Assembly: GCA_035647615.1 (NCBI GenBank)
Contig: DASRND010000010.1
Location: 8,619 to 72,618 of the forward strand
Origin: Bacteroidales bacterium
GTDB taxonomy: Bacteria > Bacteroidota > Bacteroidia > Bacteroidales > 4484-276
DNA: 64,000 nt
Direction of reading: 5' to 3'
The translations under genes were made by a program, and so were the position numbers. This document shows, piece by piece, positions 42,211-51,701 of the stretch (positions are counted from its first letter, which is position 1; each line of letters begins with the position of its first letter). Below the pieces are notes generated by a model. That model had not been told where the DNA came from and made no database searches. It saw only the letters and a program-made list of their open reading frames with translations.

Positions 42211-43806
42211 ATGATTAAAACTTTGCAAAAATATCCGCTCATTCTCTACGCCACCGGTGGTATTCTGTTGATAATTGCGCTGCTGATCAACCTAGGCAGG
42301 ATTAACATTTTTATGGCTGTGGATGAAGCTACGCGCGGACTGGTGGCGCTCGAGATGATGATTTCGGGCAACTACGTTACGCCCACCATTTACGGCGACT
42401 TTTACTACAACAAGCCGCCACTCTTCCCATGGATTTTGGTTGTGTTTTTCAAACTTTTTGGTATGAGCGAAATGGTGCTGCGCCTGCCCACCGTGCTGTC
42501 GCTCATTGGCTTTGGTTTTACCATTTATTATTTCGTCTCACGCGAAATGGGCAAACAAGCGGGCATCATCACCGCTTTCCTGTTTGTCACTTTGGGGCGA
42601 TTGCTGTTTTGGGAATCGCTGCTCGGCTACATCGACACCACTTTTTCGTGGGTAATCTACACCATGCTGATGGTGGTGATTTATCATTTCCGGCGAAAGC
42701 AATATCTGCAACTCTTCCTTCTCTCCTACCTGCTGATGACGGTTGGTTATATGCTCAAAGGCTTGCCAGCCATCGTTTTTCAGGGCATCACGCTACTGGT
42801 GGTTTTCATCTCCGAAAAGGAATGGCGCCGGCTTTTCAATTGGCAGCATGTGGCAGGAGCAGGCGTTTTTGTGGTGCTGGCGGGAGGTTATTATCTGATG
42901 TATCATCATTACAATTCGCTGCAAAATGTTTTCGCCACTTTGTGGAGCGAATCGACCAACCGCACGGTGGCCACACAAGGTGTGAGCCTCACATTGCAGC
43001 ATTTGTACAAGTTTCCGGTGGAGATGCTCTACCATTATCTGCCCTGGACGCTGCTGCTGGTTTTTACGCTGGTGCGCGGATTTTGGAAAAAGGTTTTTCA
43101 AAATGGTTTCCTCAAACTAAGCCTGCTGGTGCTGCTTTTCAACCTCATCCCCTACTGGACGTCGCCGGATGTTTACCCCAAATACATCATGATGCTGGTA
43201 CCTCTGGCACTGTCGGTTTTTGTATTTTTTTATTTAGAAAACAAAAAACAAAACAAACGACTTTCCTCAATAATGGAATGGGTCTTTTTTGGCGCTGGAA
43301 TTCTGCTAACCATAGGCTACCTGGCGCTTCCGCTGATACCACAATTTGCCGACACGCCCGCCGCCAAAACCGTTGCCACCATTCTATTTGTGCTCTCGGC
43401 AATTTTGATGTATTTCTATTTCTACCTTCGCGACAAACGATTGATTATTTTTGCCATCGTGCTCATCGTGGGGCGCATTGCTTTTGGCTGGTATGTGTGG
43501 CCGCTAAGGGCTGAGCAGTTTGAAGTTTACGAAGAAGATGCCATCGAAGTGGCACAGATTACTGCCGATGAGCCTTTGCTTTATTATCACGCGCCCATGT
43601 TGCAATATGGAGCCACTTACGTGATGACGCGTGAAAAGCAGCAACTGATCCGGCAGGAGAAGCAGGAGCCGAAACCGGGAGTGTTTTACATCACCGACGA
43701 CAACGGGCTGGCGCTAATCCGGCAAGAAAACCAAGTGGAAATATTTTATCAATATCCCAATGTGGAGGATGGCAGAAATCTGAATTTGATAAAGATCATG
43801 AAATGA
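42211..43806 (+). CDS. ArnT/PMT-like polyprenyl-phosphate-sugar-dependent glycosyltransferase (GT39/GT83 type)
   Basis: 531 aa, polytopic. VDEATRGLVALEMMISGNYVTPTIYGDFYYNKPPLFPW matches the DE..R...KPPL periplasmic-loop signature. Confidence 0.8.
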   Translation: MIKTLQKYPLILYATGGILLIIALLINLGRINIFMAVDEATRGLVALEMMISGNYVTPTIYGDFYYNKPPLFPWILVVFFKLFGMSEMVLRLPTVLSLIGFGFTIYYFVSREMGKQAGIITAFLFVTLGRLLFWESLLGYIDTTFSWVIYTMLMVVIYHFRRKQYLQLFLLSYLLMTVGYMLKGLPAIVFQGITLLVVFISEKEWRRLFNWQHVAGAGVFVVLAGGYYLMYHHYNSLQNVFATLWSESTNRTVATQGVSLTLQHLYKFPVEMLYHYLPWTLLLVFTLVRGFWKKVFQNGFLKLSLLVLLFNLIPYWTSPDVYPKYIMMLVPLALSVFVFFYLENKKQNKRLSSIMEWVFFGAGILLTIGYLALPLIPQFADTPAAKTVATILFVLSAILMYFYFYLRDKRLIIFAIVLIVGRIAFGWYVWPLRAEQFEVYEEDAIEVAQITADEPLLYYHAPMLQYGATYVMTREKQQLIRQEKQEPKPGVFYITDDNGLALIRQENQVEIFYQYPNVEDGRNLNLIKIMK

Positions 43807-44771
43807 AAAAAACGAAAATATCCATCATTGCGCCGCTTTATAACGAACAGGAAAATGTGGGGCAGCTCGCCGCCGAAATCATCGGAGTGATGTCGGCAAC
43901 AGCCTACAATTACGAGGTGATCCTTGTAAACGACGGCAGTAGCGACGCCACCTGGCAGCGCATTGCTGATTTGCAGCAGTCGCATCCACAAATTACGGGT
44001 ATCGATCTGGCAGGAAACTATGGCCAGACCATCGCACTTCGCAGCGGTTTCGAAAATTCTACCGGCGATATCATCATTTTTATGGATGGCGATCTGCAAC
44101 ACAACCCGGCAGACCTGCCACGGTTCATTGCGAAAATAGAAGAAGGCTTTGATATGGTGGGCGGTGCCAAAGTAAAACGCCCGGAGAACTGGTTCAAGAG
44201 CAGCTTATCACGATTTGCGCACTGGCTCATCCACCGCATCTCCGGCGCCGACATGACCTACTTCGGCGCCACCTTCCGCGCCTACCGCCGATACCTGCTC
44301 GAAGAGTCGAACATGATTGGCGACGCACATCGCTTTCTGGGCGCTATCCTGGCGCGAAAAGGCATCCGCCAAACCGAAATCCCTATCGAAATACGACAGC
44401 GGGTAGCCGGCACCAGCAGCTATTCGCTCAAGAAAGTTTATCTGGTGATCATAGATTTGATATTTCTAAAATTCACCATCTCCTACATGAACAAGCCCTT
44501 CAGACTCTTTGGCGTCACCGGTGGACTGATGTTCATCGTCGGACTACTGCCCACGGTGTACCTCGTCATCGGCTCACTGTTTTTCCATTTCCACCTGCGC
44601 ATAGATTATCTGGTGGAGTTTCTGTTTTCGATCTTCGTCATGATCATGGGAATGTTGCTGGTGAGTTTTGGGCTTATTGCCGAAATTGGCATCTATAACT
44701 ACTATGCCCGTGGCAACCACAGCCCTTACAGCGTCCGGCGCATCATAAGGGAAAATCATAAAAAACAATAA
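43803..44771 (+). CDS. GT2 polyprenyl-phosphate hexose/HexNAc synthase (ArnC/GtrB/FlmF-like)
   Basis: ISIIAPLYNEQENV..., VNDGSSDAT, FMDGDLQHNP, plus two C-terminal TM helices. The start overlaps the upstream stop (ATGA). Confidence 0.85.
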   Translation: MKKTKISIIAPLYNEQENVGQLAAEIIGVMSATAYNYEVILVNDGSSDATWQRIADLQQSHPQITGIDLAGNYGQTIALRSGFENSTGDIIIFMDGDLQHNPADLPRFIAKIEEGFDMVGGAKVKRPENWFKSSLSRFAHWLIHRISGADMTYFGATFRAYRRYLLEESNMIGDAHRFLGAILARKGIRQTEIPIEIRQRVAGTSSYSLKKVYLVIIDLIFLKFTISYMNKPFRLFGVTGGLMFIVGLLPTVYLVIGSLFFHFHLRIDYLVEFLFSIFVMIMGMLLVSFGLIAEIGIYNYYARGNHSPYSVRRIIRENHKKQ

Positions 44772-44870
44772 AGCAAACCACAAATAAGCCTCAACATCAA
44801 TATTCAATAACCAAACCCGTCACGAATTTTTCCATTTTGATTTTCGGTTTTTAATTAAAAAGAAATAAGA

Positions 44871-45674
44871 ATGACTGATAAACGCCTGATCATAAATGCA
44901 GACGATTTTGGATGGGATGAAGCAGCCACAGCCGGAATCGCGCATTTACTCGAAAAAGGGAAGATCAGCAGCACCACCATTTTGGCCAACTTCGCCACCG
45001 AAAACGATCTTGAAAAGGTACGTTCCATCGACGGAATCAGCACCGGCCTTCACATCAATTTGATCAATGGCAAGCCGGTGAGCCGACCGGAAGAGGTGGA
45101 TACTTTACTCGATGCTGAAGGTAAGTTTTTGGGTGCTGGAAAATTGTACAAAAGGTTTTTGATGCGAAGGATAAATAAAGATCATATTGTGAAAGAGGTA
45201 GCGGCGCAAATCAAAAGCTTGCGCGAAAATGGTATCGACATCTCACACGCCGACAGCCACCAGCACCTGCATCAATTCCCCGGATTGGGAAAATGGATAT
45301 TGCAGGCGGTGGCCGACAATGGAATCAAAAAAGTAAGAAACTGTCGTTTGACTCGTATTCATGCAGGACGCAGTGTAGTGATCGCACTATTTGCAGCAAC
45401 AACATCACGCAATTTAAAACCTTTCCAACACCCGGATGCGCTGATAGCTGAGCTATCTTTTGGCAGCGATTATTCGGACGACTTTGCAAATCAACTACTG
45501 TCGTCCCATTTCCGCAAAGGTGATGTGTTCGAAATAATGACCCATCCGGCTACAGCCGACAAAACAGATTCGTACCTGCATCGCAAAGCAGAATTTGACT
45601 TTTGGGACACGCTACCGTTGAAAGAAATTTTGAGCGGGAATAAAATCAATATGATAAACTATCGCGAACTTTAG
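44871..45674 (+). CDS. YdjC/ChbG/HpnK/NaxD-family carbohydrate deacetylase
   Basis: MTDKRLIINADDFGWDEAATAGI...HADSHQHLH. Family-defining DDFG and H.H motifs. Confidence 0.8.
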   Translation: MTDKRLIINADDFGWDEAATAGIAHLLEKGKISSTTILANFATENDLEKVRSIDGISTGLHINLINGKPVSRPEEVDTLLDAEGKFLGAGKLYKRFLMRRINKDHIVKEVAAQIKSLRENGIDISHADSHQHLHQFPGLGKWILQAVADNGIKKVRNCRLTRIHAGRSVVIALFAATTSRNLKPFQHPDALIAELSFGSDYSDDFANQLLSSHFRKGDVFEIMTHPATADKTDSYLHRKAEFDFWDTLPLKEILSGNKINMINYREL

Positions 45675-45744
45675 TTCTTTGAAGAGAAAAACCTCCTGAA
45701 TGTTATTTTTAATTAAAAACATCCCCGCCGGCAACGGGTTTTCT

Positions 45745-45752
45745 TAACTTTG
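45745..45752 (+). promoter_or_regulatory. candidate -7 promoter box TAACTTTG for the mutase gene
   Basis: Matches TAnnTTTG, ~100 nt upstream of the ATG at 45850. Confidence 0.35.
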
Positions 45753-45849
45753 CCTACCTTATTGAAAAATGCATCATTCATATCCTTTCATTGGGAGAAA
45801 TGCTGCATTAATTATTAGAGCTTTACATTTTAAATAAAGAAATACTGTA

Positions 45850-47592
45850 ATGGATAAAAAGCAAATCGACCCAAAGATTATCGAAAGAGCCAACGTGTGG
45901 CTCACCAAGGATTACGACGCCGAAACCCGCGCTGCCGTGCAACGAATGATGGATGAGAATCCCGACGAACTCACCGAATCGTTTTATCAGGATCTGGAAT
46001 TTGGCACCGGCGGCCTGCGCGGACTAATCGGCAGTGGCACCAACCGGATGAATAAATATACGGTAGGAGCCGCCACACAAGGGCTGGCCAACTATTTGAA
46101 AAAGGTTTATCCGAAAGAAAAACAACTTCGCGCTGCTATCTCATTCGACCCACGCAACAAAAGCGATTACTTCGCACAAACTACCGCCGACGTTTTCTCA
46201 GCCAACGGTTTCACGGTGTATCTGTTCGACGCGCTGCGCCCCACCCCGGAGCTTTCGTTTACCATACGCCATCTCAACTGCCACACCGGTGTGATGATTA
46301 CTGCCTCGCACAACCCCAAAGAATACAACGGCTACAAAGCCTACTGGAACGACGGTGCGCAAATGATCCCACCGCACGACAAAAACGTGATCGATGAGGT
46401 AAAGAAAATACAAGTTAAGGATGTGAAATTTAAAGGCATCCCCGAAAATATACACATCATTGGCGAAGAGATAGACCGGCTCTATCTGGATGAAGTAGAA
46501 AAACTCTCGCTCTCGCCCACTTCTAATCACCGGCAGGCGGAGCTTCCATTGGTTTACACACCGCTTCACGGCACCGGCGTTAATCTGGTTCCGGCTGCGC
46601 TGGCGCGATTTGGCTTCGAAAATGTTTTTAAAGTGCATCAGCAGGATGTGGTGGATGGCAATTTCCCAACCATAGTTTCACCTAACCCCGAAGAGCCGGC
46701 AGCGCTGGCCATGGCACTCGACAAAGCACGCAAAGTAGATGCGGAGCTGGTGATGGCCACCGATCCCGACGCCGACCGTGTAGGGATAGCTGTGAAAGAT
46801 CTCCACGAAAATTACGTCTTGCTCAATGGCAACCAAACCGCCACTCTGCTTACCTGGTACCTGCTCACCATGTGGGAACGCAAAGAGATGCTCACAGGCA
46901 AAGAATACATCGTGAAAACCGTTGTCACCACCGAACTCATCAGCGACATAGCCAGAAAACACAAGGTAGAATGTTATGATGTGCTGACAGGTTTTAAATG
47001 GATTGCGGAAGTTATTCGTGAAAACGAAGGCAATAAAACCTTCATTGGCGGTGGCGAAGAAAGTTACGGATACATGATCGGCGACTTTGTGCGCGACAAA
47101 GATGCTGTTGCCTCCTGTGCCATGCTCGCCGAACTGGCTGCCTGGGCTGCAAACCAGCGCAAAAACATCTTCGGTCTGCTGCTCGACATCTACATCGAAT
47201 ATGGTTTTTATAAAGAAAATCTTCTGTCTGTGACCAAAAAAGGCAAAGCCGGCGCCGAGGAGATTCGCAAGATGATGGAGAATTTCAGAACCAAACCGCC
47301 CAAAACCATCAATGGCTCGGAGGTGGTGATGATAAAGGATTATCAGGAGCAAGTGCAAAAAGACCTGAAAAACGCAAAAGAAACCGCCATCAAATTACCC
47401 AAAAGCAACGTATTGCAGTTTTTTACTGCCGACGGCACCAAGATAAGCATGCGGCCATCGGGCACCGAACCCAAGATAAAATTCTATTTTGGCGTAAAAG
47501 GCGAACTAAAATCTGCCGCCGACTACGACAAAGTTAATGAGGCGCTCGACAAAAAGATTGATGCCGTAATCAGCGACATGAAACTGAAATAA
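45850..47592 (+). CDS. phospho-sugar mutase (phosphoglucomutase/phosphomannomutase family)
   Basis: 580 aa. Active-site TASHNPKEYNGYK, metal loop ATDPDADR, GGEESYG sugar-binding loop. Confidence 0.9.
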   Translation: MDKKQIDPKIIERANVWLTKDYDAETRAAVQRMMDENPDELTESFYQDLEFGTGGLRGLIGSGTNRMNKYTVGAATQGLANYLKKVYPKEKQLRAAISFDPRNKSDYFAQTTADVFSANGFTVYLFDALRPTPELSFTIRHLNCHTGVMITASHNPKEYNGYKAYWNDGAQMIPPHDKNVIDEVKKIQVKDVKFKGIPENIHIIGEEIDRLYLDEVEKLSLSPTSNHRQAELPLVYTPLHGTGVNLVPAALARFGFENVFKVHQQDVVDGNFPTIVSPNPEEPAALAMALDKARKVDAELVMATDPDADRVGIAVKDLHENYVLLNGNQTATLLTWYLLTMWERKEMLTGKEYIVKTVVTTELISDIARKHKVECYDVLTGFKWIAEVIRENEGNKTFIGGGEESYGYMIGDFVRDKDAVASCAMLAELAAWAANQRKNIFGLLLDIYIEYGFYKENLLSVTKKGKAGAEEIRKMMENFRTKPPKTINGSEVVMIKDYQEQVQKDLKNAKETAIKLPKSNVLQFFTADGTKISMRPSGTEPKIKFYFGVKGELKSAADYDKVNEALDKKIDAVISDMKLK

Positions 47593-47616
47593 AAACAAGC
47601 GACAAGCTCGAAAACT

Positions 47617-47654
47617 AAAAGCGCCACTTCCCGATAAGAAGTGGCGCTTTTTGA
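47617..47654. terminator. bidirectional rho-independent terminator
   Basis: gcgccacttc-ccgataa-gaagtggcgc hairpin flanked by an A-run and a T-run, between convergent genes. Confidence 0.8.
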
Positions 47655-47693
47655 TTGAAATCACTCTGAAACGATCCTAACAAATATAGTTTG

Positions 47694-48023
47694 TCACGGA
47701 AGAAGATTGTTTACCAATACGGTGTCGCGCACCGAATTGCTGCCCTTACCAAAAGCTTTGAGCGTTACGATAAAACTATCATTTTCTTCGTACAAATGCG
47801 TTGGTGAGGTGGCCGTACTTGCAGTACCATCGCCAAAGTTCCACTCGAAAGTCTGAGCATTTACGCTGGTGTTGTTAAAAATAACCTGCCCGGCAGAATC
47901 CGTCAATTGCCAGGTAAATGCAGCTTTCGGCTCCTTTTTGTCGTCGTCATCTTTTTTGCAGCCAATGGCCAGCAACACAAAGAGCACAAGAACCCACGGT
48001 AAATATTTTTTTGTAAAAGTCAT
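47694..48023 (-). CDS. small PKD-domain lipoprotein
   Basis: MTFTKKYLPWVLVLFVLLAIGC lipobox. FEWNFGDGTASTATSPTHLY PKD signature. Start moved to 48023. Confidence 0.7.
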   Translation of the reverse strand: MTFTKKYLPWVLVLFVLLAIGCKKDDDDKKEPKAAFTWQLTDSAGQVIFNNTSVNAQTFEWNFGDGTASTATSPTHLYEENDSFIVTLKAFGKGSNSVRDTVLVNNLLP

Positions 48024-48278
48024 AAAAAATAATTTTAAGATTTGACGGCAAAAGTAGTGCTTTGTTTTGGAAAATAATTGCATCGAGCAAAACAGGCGGA
48101 GTAACTTGTGGGGATTTTAAAAATTTTAGCAGTGTTTTGAACCGGGATTTTTAAAATTATTTATTTTCTTTGCAAATTAAGTCGGCAGCACCACAGGCTG
48201 TCGTGTATCTAAATCGGATGTGAAGCATTGATTAAGAAGGTGTTTCACATATTTTTTTTAATAAAAAATACTATTTTC

Positions 48279-48761
48279 ATGAAAATCGCAAAGAACAAAG
48301 TAGTAGGAATTCATTACACACTCACCGATGATCAGGGCAACACGCTCGATTCTTCTGACAGCCGCGACCCATTGTATTATCTGCATGGCAATGGCAATCT
48401 GATACCAGGCCTGGAGCGGGAGCTGGAAAACAAAAAGAAAGATGATGCTTTTAAAGTAACCATTCAGCCGGAAGATGCATACGGCAAACGCAATGACGAG
48501 ATGGTTTATGAACTTGACCGTTCCAAATTTCCCAATCCTAAAGAGATCGAGCCAGGCATGACTTTCACTTCACAAACCAACGAGGGCGACATCCATCTCA
48601 CAGTTGTAAAAATAGAAGGCGACAATGTTACGCTTGATGCCAACCATCCGCTTGCCGGTCAGAAACTTACTTTCGACGTAAAGGTGGTGGAGGTGCGCGA
48701 TGCCAGTGCGGAAGAACTCGAACACGGCCATGTGCATGGGCCTGATGGTCATCATCATTAG
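48279..48761 (+). CDS. slyD: FKBP-type peptidyl-prolyl isomerase, SlyD-like with His-rich tail
   Basis: VVGIHYTLTDDQGNTLDSS...NHPLAGQKLTFDVKVVEVR...HGHVHGPDGHHH. Confidence 0.9.
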   Translation: MKIAKNKVVGIHYTLTDDQGNTLDSSDSRDPLYYLHGNGNLIPGLERELENKKKDDAFKVTIQPEDAYGKRNDEMVYELDRSKFPNPKEIEPGMTFTSQTNEGDIHLTVVKIEGDNVTLDANHPLAGQKLTFDVKVVEVRDASAEELEHGHVHGPDGHHH

Positions 48762-48892
48762 CAAATTGGCCGGAAGCCAAATCCTGTAAGAGATTTTTTT
48801 CGGAAAATGTTTTGTTAATTCAGAATTAATCCGATCTTTGCACGCCGAAAAACGGGAGACCCCTTTGGGGTACGTTCTTTAAAAGATAGGAT

Positions 48893-48986
<94 letters not shown>

Positions 48987-49013
48987 CAGGATGAGTTCTT
49001 AAAAATAATAGTA

Positions 49014-49088
49014 CGGGGTATAGCGTAGTCCGGTTAGCGCGCCTGCTTTGGGAGCAGGAGGTCGTAAGTTCGAATCTTACTACCCCGA
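49014..49088 (+). tRNA. tRNA-Pro (anticodon UGG)
   Basis: Hand-folded. Acceptor CGGGGTA/TACCCCG. Anticodon arm CCTGC-TTTGGGA-GCAGG. T-arm GTAAG-TTCGAAT-CTTAC. Followed by a hairpin terminator (aggagt...actcct + T-run). Confidence 0.9.
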
Positions 49089-49137
49089 CGCAGTAAATCA
49101 AGGAGTTAAGTTAAATCTTGACTCCTTTTTTATTTTA

Positions 49138-49212
49138 CGGTGTAAACAAAAGTCCGGATAGTGCGTCACACTTTAAGGCGTGAAGATCGATGTTCGAATC
49201 TTACTACCCCGA
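49138..49212 (+). pseudogene. degenerate tRNA-like copy sharing the last 22 nt of tRNA-Pro
   Basis: gttcgaatcttactaccccgac (49192..49213) is identical to 49068..49089. The 5' acceptor CGGTGTA has one mismatch. The D and T stems and the anticodon stem do not pair. It has its own downstream hairpin (cagggag...ctccctg). Confidence 0.4.
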
Positions 49213-49445
49213 CATTGAAAAACAGGGAGTTAGAGTAAAATCTAGCTCCCTGTTTTATTTTGATTTTAAATACAGCATTTTGACTTCTAACTTTTTGCCC
49301 ACGAATCCCGCAATCGAGGTCAACCTGTTAGTGCTGAAATTCGAGATTTAAAATTCATTCGTAAGCCTAAAATCCAATTCCTACTTACTACCTACTTCTT
49401 CATCATATCTCATCTGTGCTTACTGCCCAACTGCCGACTGTTTTC

Positions 49446-50531
49446 TCACCCCTGATAACGATATGCGATGCAGTTGATGTTCATGCCGGCGCCTACAGAA
49501 GCGAAGAGCAGCAGGTCGCCCTGATTGAGGTCGTGTTTTTCGATGCAGGTGCCTTTGCGGATGCGGTCGTAGAGTGTGGGGATTGTAGCTACCGAGCTAT
49601 TGCCCAGCTTGCTGATGCTCATGGGCATGATGCCTTCGGGCGCCTGGCGTATTTTGTAAAGACGATAGAAACGTTTCACTATTTCGAAATCCATCTTCTC
49701 GTTGGCCTGATGGATAAAGATTTTCTTCACCTCGTCGATGGTGTGGCCTGACTTGTCGAGACACTCCTGCATGGCGTCGGGCACGTGGTTGAGCGAAAAC
49801 TCATAAATTTTACGGCCAAGCATCTTCATGTAACTGATCTCTGGCCTGGAGCCTTTCTGGTAGCCGGGGCCACGATAAAGGTAAAAAGCTTCTTTGTTGG
49901 CATAGGTTGCCATGCTGGTAGAGAGAATCCCATATTGCTGGTCGCTTTCGCTAATCTCCATCACCGTGGCGCCGGCGCCATCGGAGTAGAGCATCGAGTC
50001 GCGGTCGTTTTTGTCGACAACACGTGAAAGTGTTTCGGCTCCGATAACCAGGCAGCGCTTTGCCAGCCCCGACTGCATAAACGAGCGCGCCTGAATGGTT
50101 CCCTGTATCCATCCGGGGCAACCAAACACCACGTCGTAGCAAATGCATTTGGGATTGTTGATGTCGAGTTTGTTTTTCACTTTTGCAGCGATGCTGGGAA
50201 GCATGTCGGTTTGGACGGTACCAACTGGCACATCGCCGAAGTTGTGGGCCACAATGATGTGGTCAAGCGTTTCGGCGTCGATGTTGGCATCTTTTATGGC
50301 CTCCTGTGCCGCCAGAGTGGCAATGTCGCTGCACACCTGATCGTCGGTGGCATGACGGCGCTCTTCTATGCCGGTAATTGCACGAAACTTCTCACTTATT
50401 TGCGCATGAGGTTCAGCAAAAGCCACTCCTTCAACATCGAAAAACTGATTGACGGCAAAGTCTTCATTTTTTACCACACGAGAAGGAACGTAACTTCCTG
50501 TTCCTGTGATGAGAATATTTTTAAAACTCAT
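49446..50531 (-). CDS. 3-oxoacyl-ACP synthase III family (FabH-like) condensing enzyme
   Basis: 361 aa. ILITGTGSYVPSRVVKNEDF N-terminus, FGCPGW active-site region, HQANEKM and GAGMN C-terminal motifs. Confidence 0.85.
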   Translation of the reverse strand: MSFKNILITGTGSYVPSRVVKNEDFAVNQFFDVEGVAFAEPHAQISEKFRAITGIEERRHATDDQVCSDIATLAAQEAIKDANIDAETLDHIIVAHNFGDVPVGTVQTDMLPSIAAKVKNKLDINNPKCICYDVVFGCPGWIQGTIQARSFMQSGLAKRCLVIGAETLSRVVDKNDRDSMLYSDGAGATVMEISESDQQYGILSTSMATYANKEAFYLYRGPGYQKGSRPEISYMKMLGRKIYEFSLNHVPDAMQECLDKSGHTIDEVKKIFIHQANEKMDFEIVKRFYRLYKIRQAPEGIMPMSISKLGNSSVATIPTLYDRIRKGTCIEKHDLNQGDLLLFASVGAGMNINCIAYRYQG

Positions 50532-50601
50532 TATTTAAATTCTATTTTATTTAAACCAAAGAGCGCTGTAAAAAAACTCCGTTACAACGCTCTGTTCCTC
50601 G

Positions 50602-50675
50602 TGATCCAGGCGGGATTCGAACCCACGACCCGCAGCTTAGAAGGCTGCTGCTCTATCCAACTGAGCTACTGGACC
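50602..50675 (-). tRNA. tRNA-Arg (anticodon UCU)
   Basis: The reverse complement GGTCCAGTAGCTCAGTTGGATAGAGCAGCAGCCTTCTAAGCTGCGGGTCGTGGGTTCGAATCCCGCCTGGATCA folds as a cloverleaf with anticodon loop CTTCTAA. Confidence 0.9.
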
Positions 50676-50779
50676 TCTTTTTTTTCCTTTTAACGGGCGC
50701 AAAGATACACACATTATGTTTTTGCCAAAATCAAAACTTCCATTTCCCTACACGCATGCGCTGCTACTAACCTTTTTTT

Positions 50780-50787
50780 TACTTTTG
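50780..50787 (+). promoter_or_regulatory. candidate -7 promoter box TACTTTTG for the ykoF-like/pnuC unit
   Basis: Matches TAnnTTTG, 43 nt upstream of the ATG at 50830. Confidence 0.4.
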
Positions 50788-50829
50788 CCGGTATTATTGC
50801 TTTGATCATTATTTTAATAACAACAAACT

Positions 50830-51072
50830 ATGAATATTTCTGTCGAAGTAAGTTATTATCCGCTCAAGGTTGAATACAAGGCTCCTATCAAAGATTTTAT
50901 TGCACGCATCAGCAAGCACGAAGGGCTCAGAGCAGAAACCAACCACATGAGTACGCAAATTTTTGGTGAGTACCGTCAGGTGATGCAGGCACTTACCGAT
51001 GAAATTTACAAGTCTTTTGAGCTTCCTCACTCCATTTTTGTGATGAAGATCATCAATGCTGACCTTCGATAA
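50830..51072 (+). CDS. MTH1187/YkoF-like small ligand-binding protein (thiamine-binding-protein fold family)
   Basis: 80 aa. ISVEVSYYPL..EY...IKDFIARI...GL......MSTQIFGEY..VM pattern matches the family as I recall it. Confidence 0.55.
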   Translation: MNISVEVSYYPLKVEYKAPIKDFIARISKHEGLRAETNHMSTQIFGEYRQVMQALTDEIYKSFELPHSIFVMKIINADLR

Positions 51073-51083
51073 ACTGCTCGTCC

Positions 51084-51701
51084 GTGAATGAATTTTTTAA
51101 TCTTTTTTATCAAAACCTGTCCCACACCACCTGGCTCGAAGCTGTGGCTGTATTGTTTGGGTTACTGAGCGTGTGGTATGCCCGCAAGGAAAACATCCTG
51201 GTGTATCCAACTGGCATTATCTCGGTGCTTATTTACGTTTACATCTGCTATTTTGCCGGCCTTTATGCCGACATGGGCATCAATGGATTCTACTTTCTGA
51301 TGAGTGTGTATGGCTGGTACAAATGGACGCATCTCGACAGCGAGGAGCAAACCATCGTCATCACTTTCAACACCGCAAAGCAGCACCTCTTGAGCATTGT
51401 AGGCACCATCGTATTTTTTGCAGTGTTGTACTATTTGCTTTCTAATTACACCGATAGCACTGTGCCTGCATGGGATTCAGCCACTACGGCAATATTTATC
51501 GTGGGCATGTGGCTGATGGCGCTCAAAAAAGTGGAAAACTGGATTTTCTGGATCATCGGCGACTTTGTGTCGATACCACTTTATTTTTATAAAGGCCTTG
51601 CCTTGACAAGCTTTCAGTTTACAGTATTTCTGATTCTGGCAGTTTGGGGCTACATCGAGTGGCGCCAAAAAGCAAGAGAGCAGCAACTATGCACAAGTTA
51701 A
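51084..51701 (+). CDS. pnuC: PnuC-family vitamin (nicotinamide riboside type) transporter
   Basis: 205 aa, 7 TM. WLEAVAVLFGLLSVWYARKENILVYPTGI...GWYKW motifs. Confidence 0.85.
   Translation: MNEFFNLFYQNLSHTTWLEAVAVLFGLLSVWYARKENILVYPTGIISVLIYVYICYFAGLYADMGINGFYFLMSVYGWYKWTHLDSEEQTIVITFNTAKQHLLSIVGTIVFFAVLYYLLSNYTDSTVPAWDSATTAIFIVGMWLMALKKVENWIFWIIGDFVSIPLYFYKGLALTSFQFTVFLILAVWGYIEWRQKAREQQLCTS

Noticed and set aside
42429-43514. 361-aa alternative-frame ORF inside the ArnT-like gene
   Set aside because: It is on the same strand but out of frame with a polytopic GT that has clear family motifs. Its translation is Arg/His-rich nonsense.
49089-49192. Integrated mobile element at tRNA-Pro
   Set aside because: Only ~100 bp separate the direct repeats and no integrase is nearby. 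It is reported as a scar or duplication finding instead of a mobile element.
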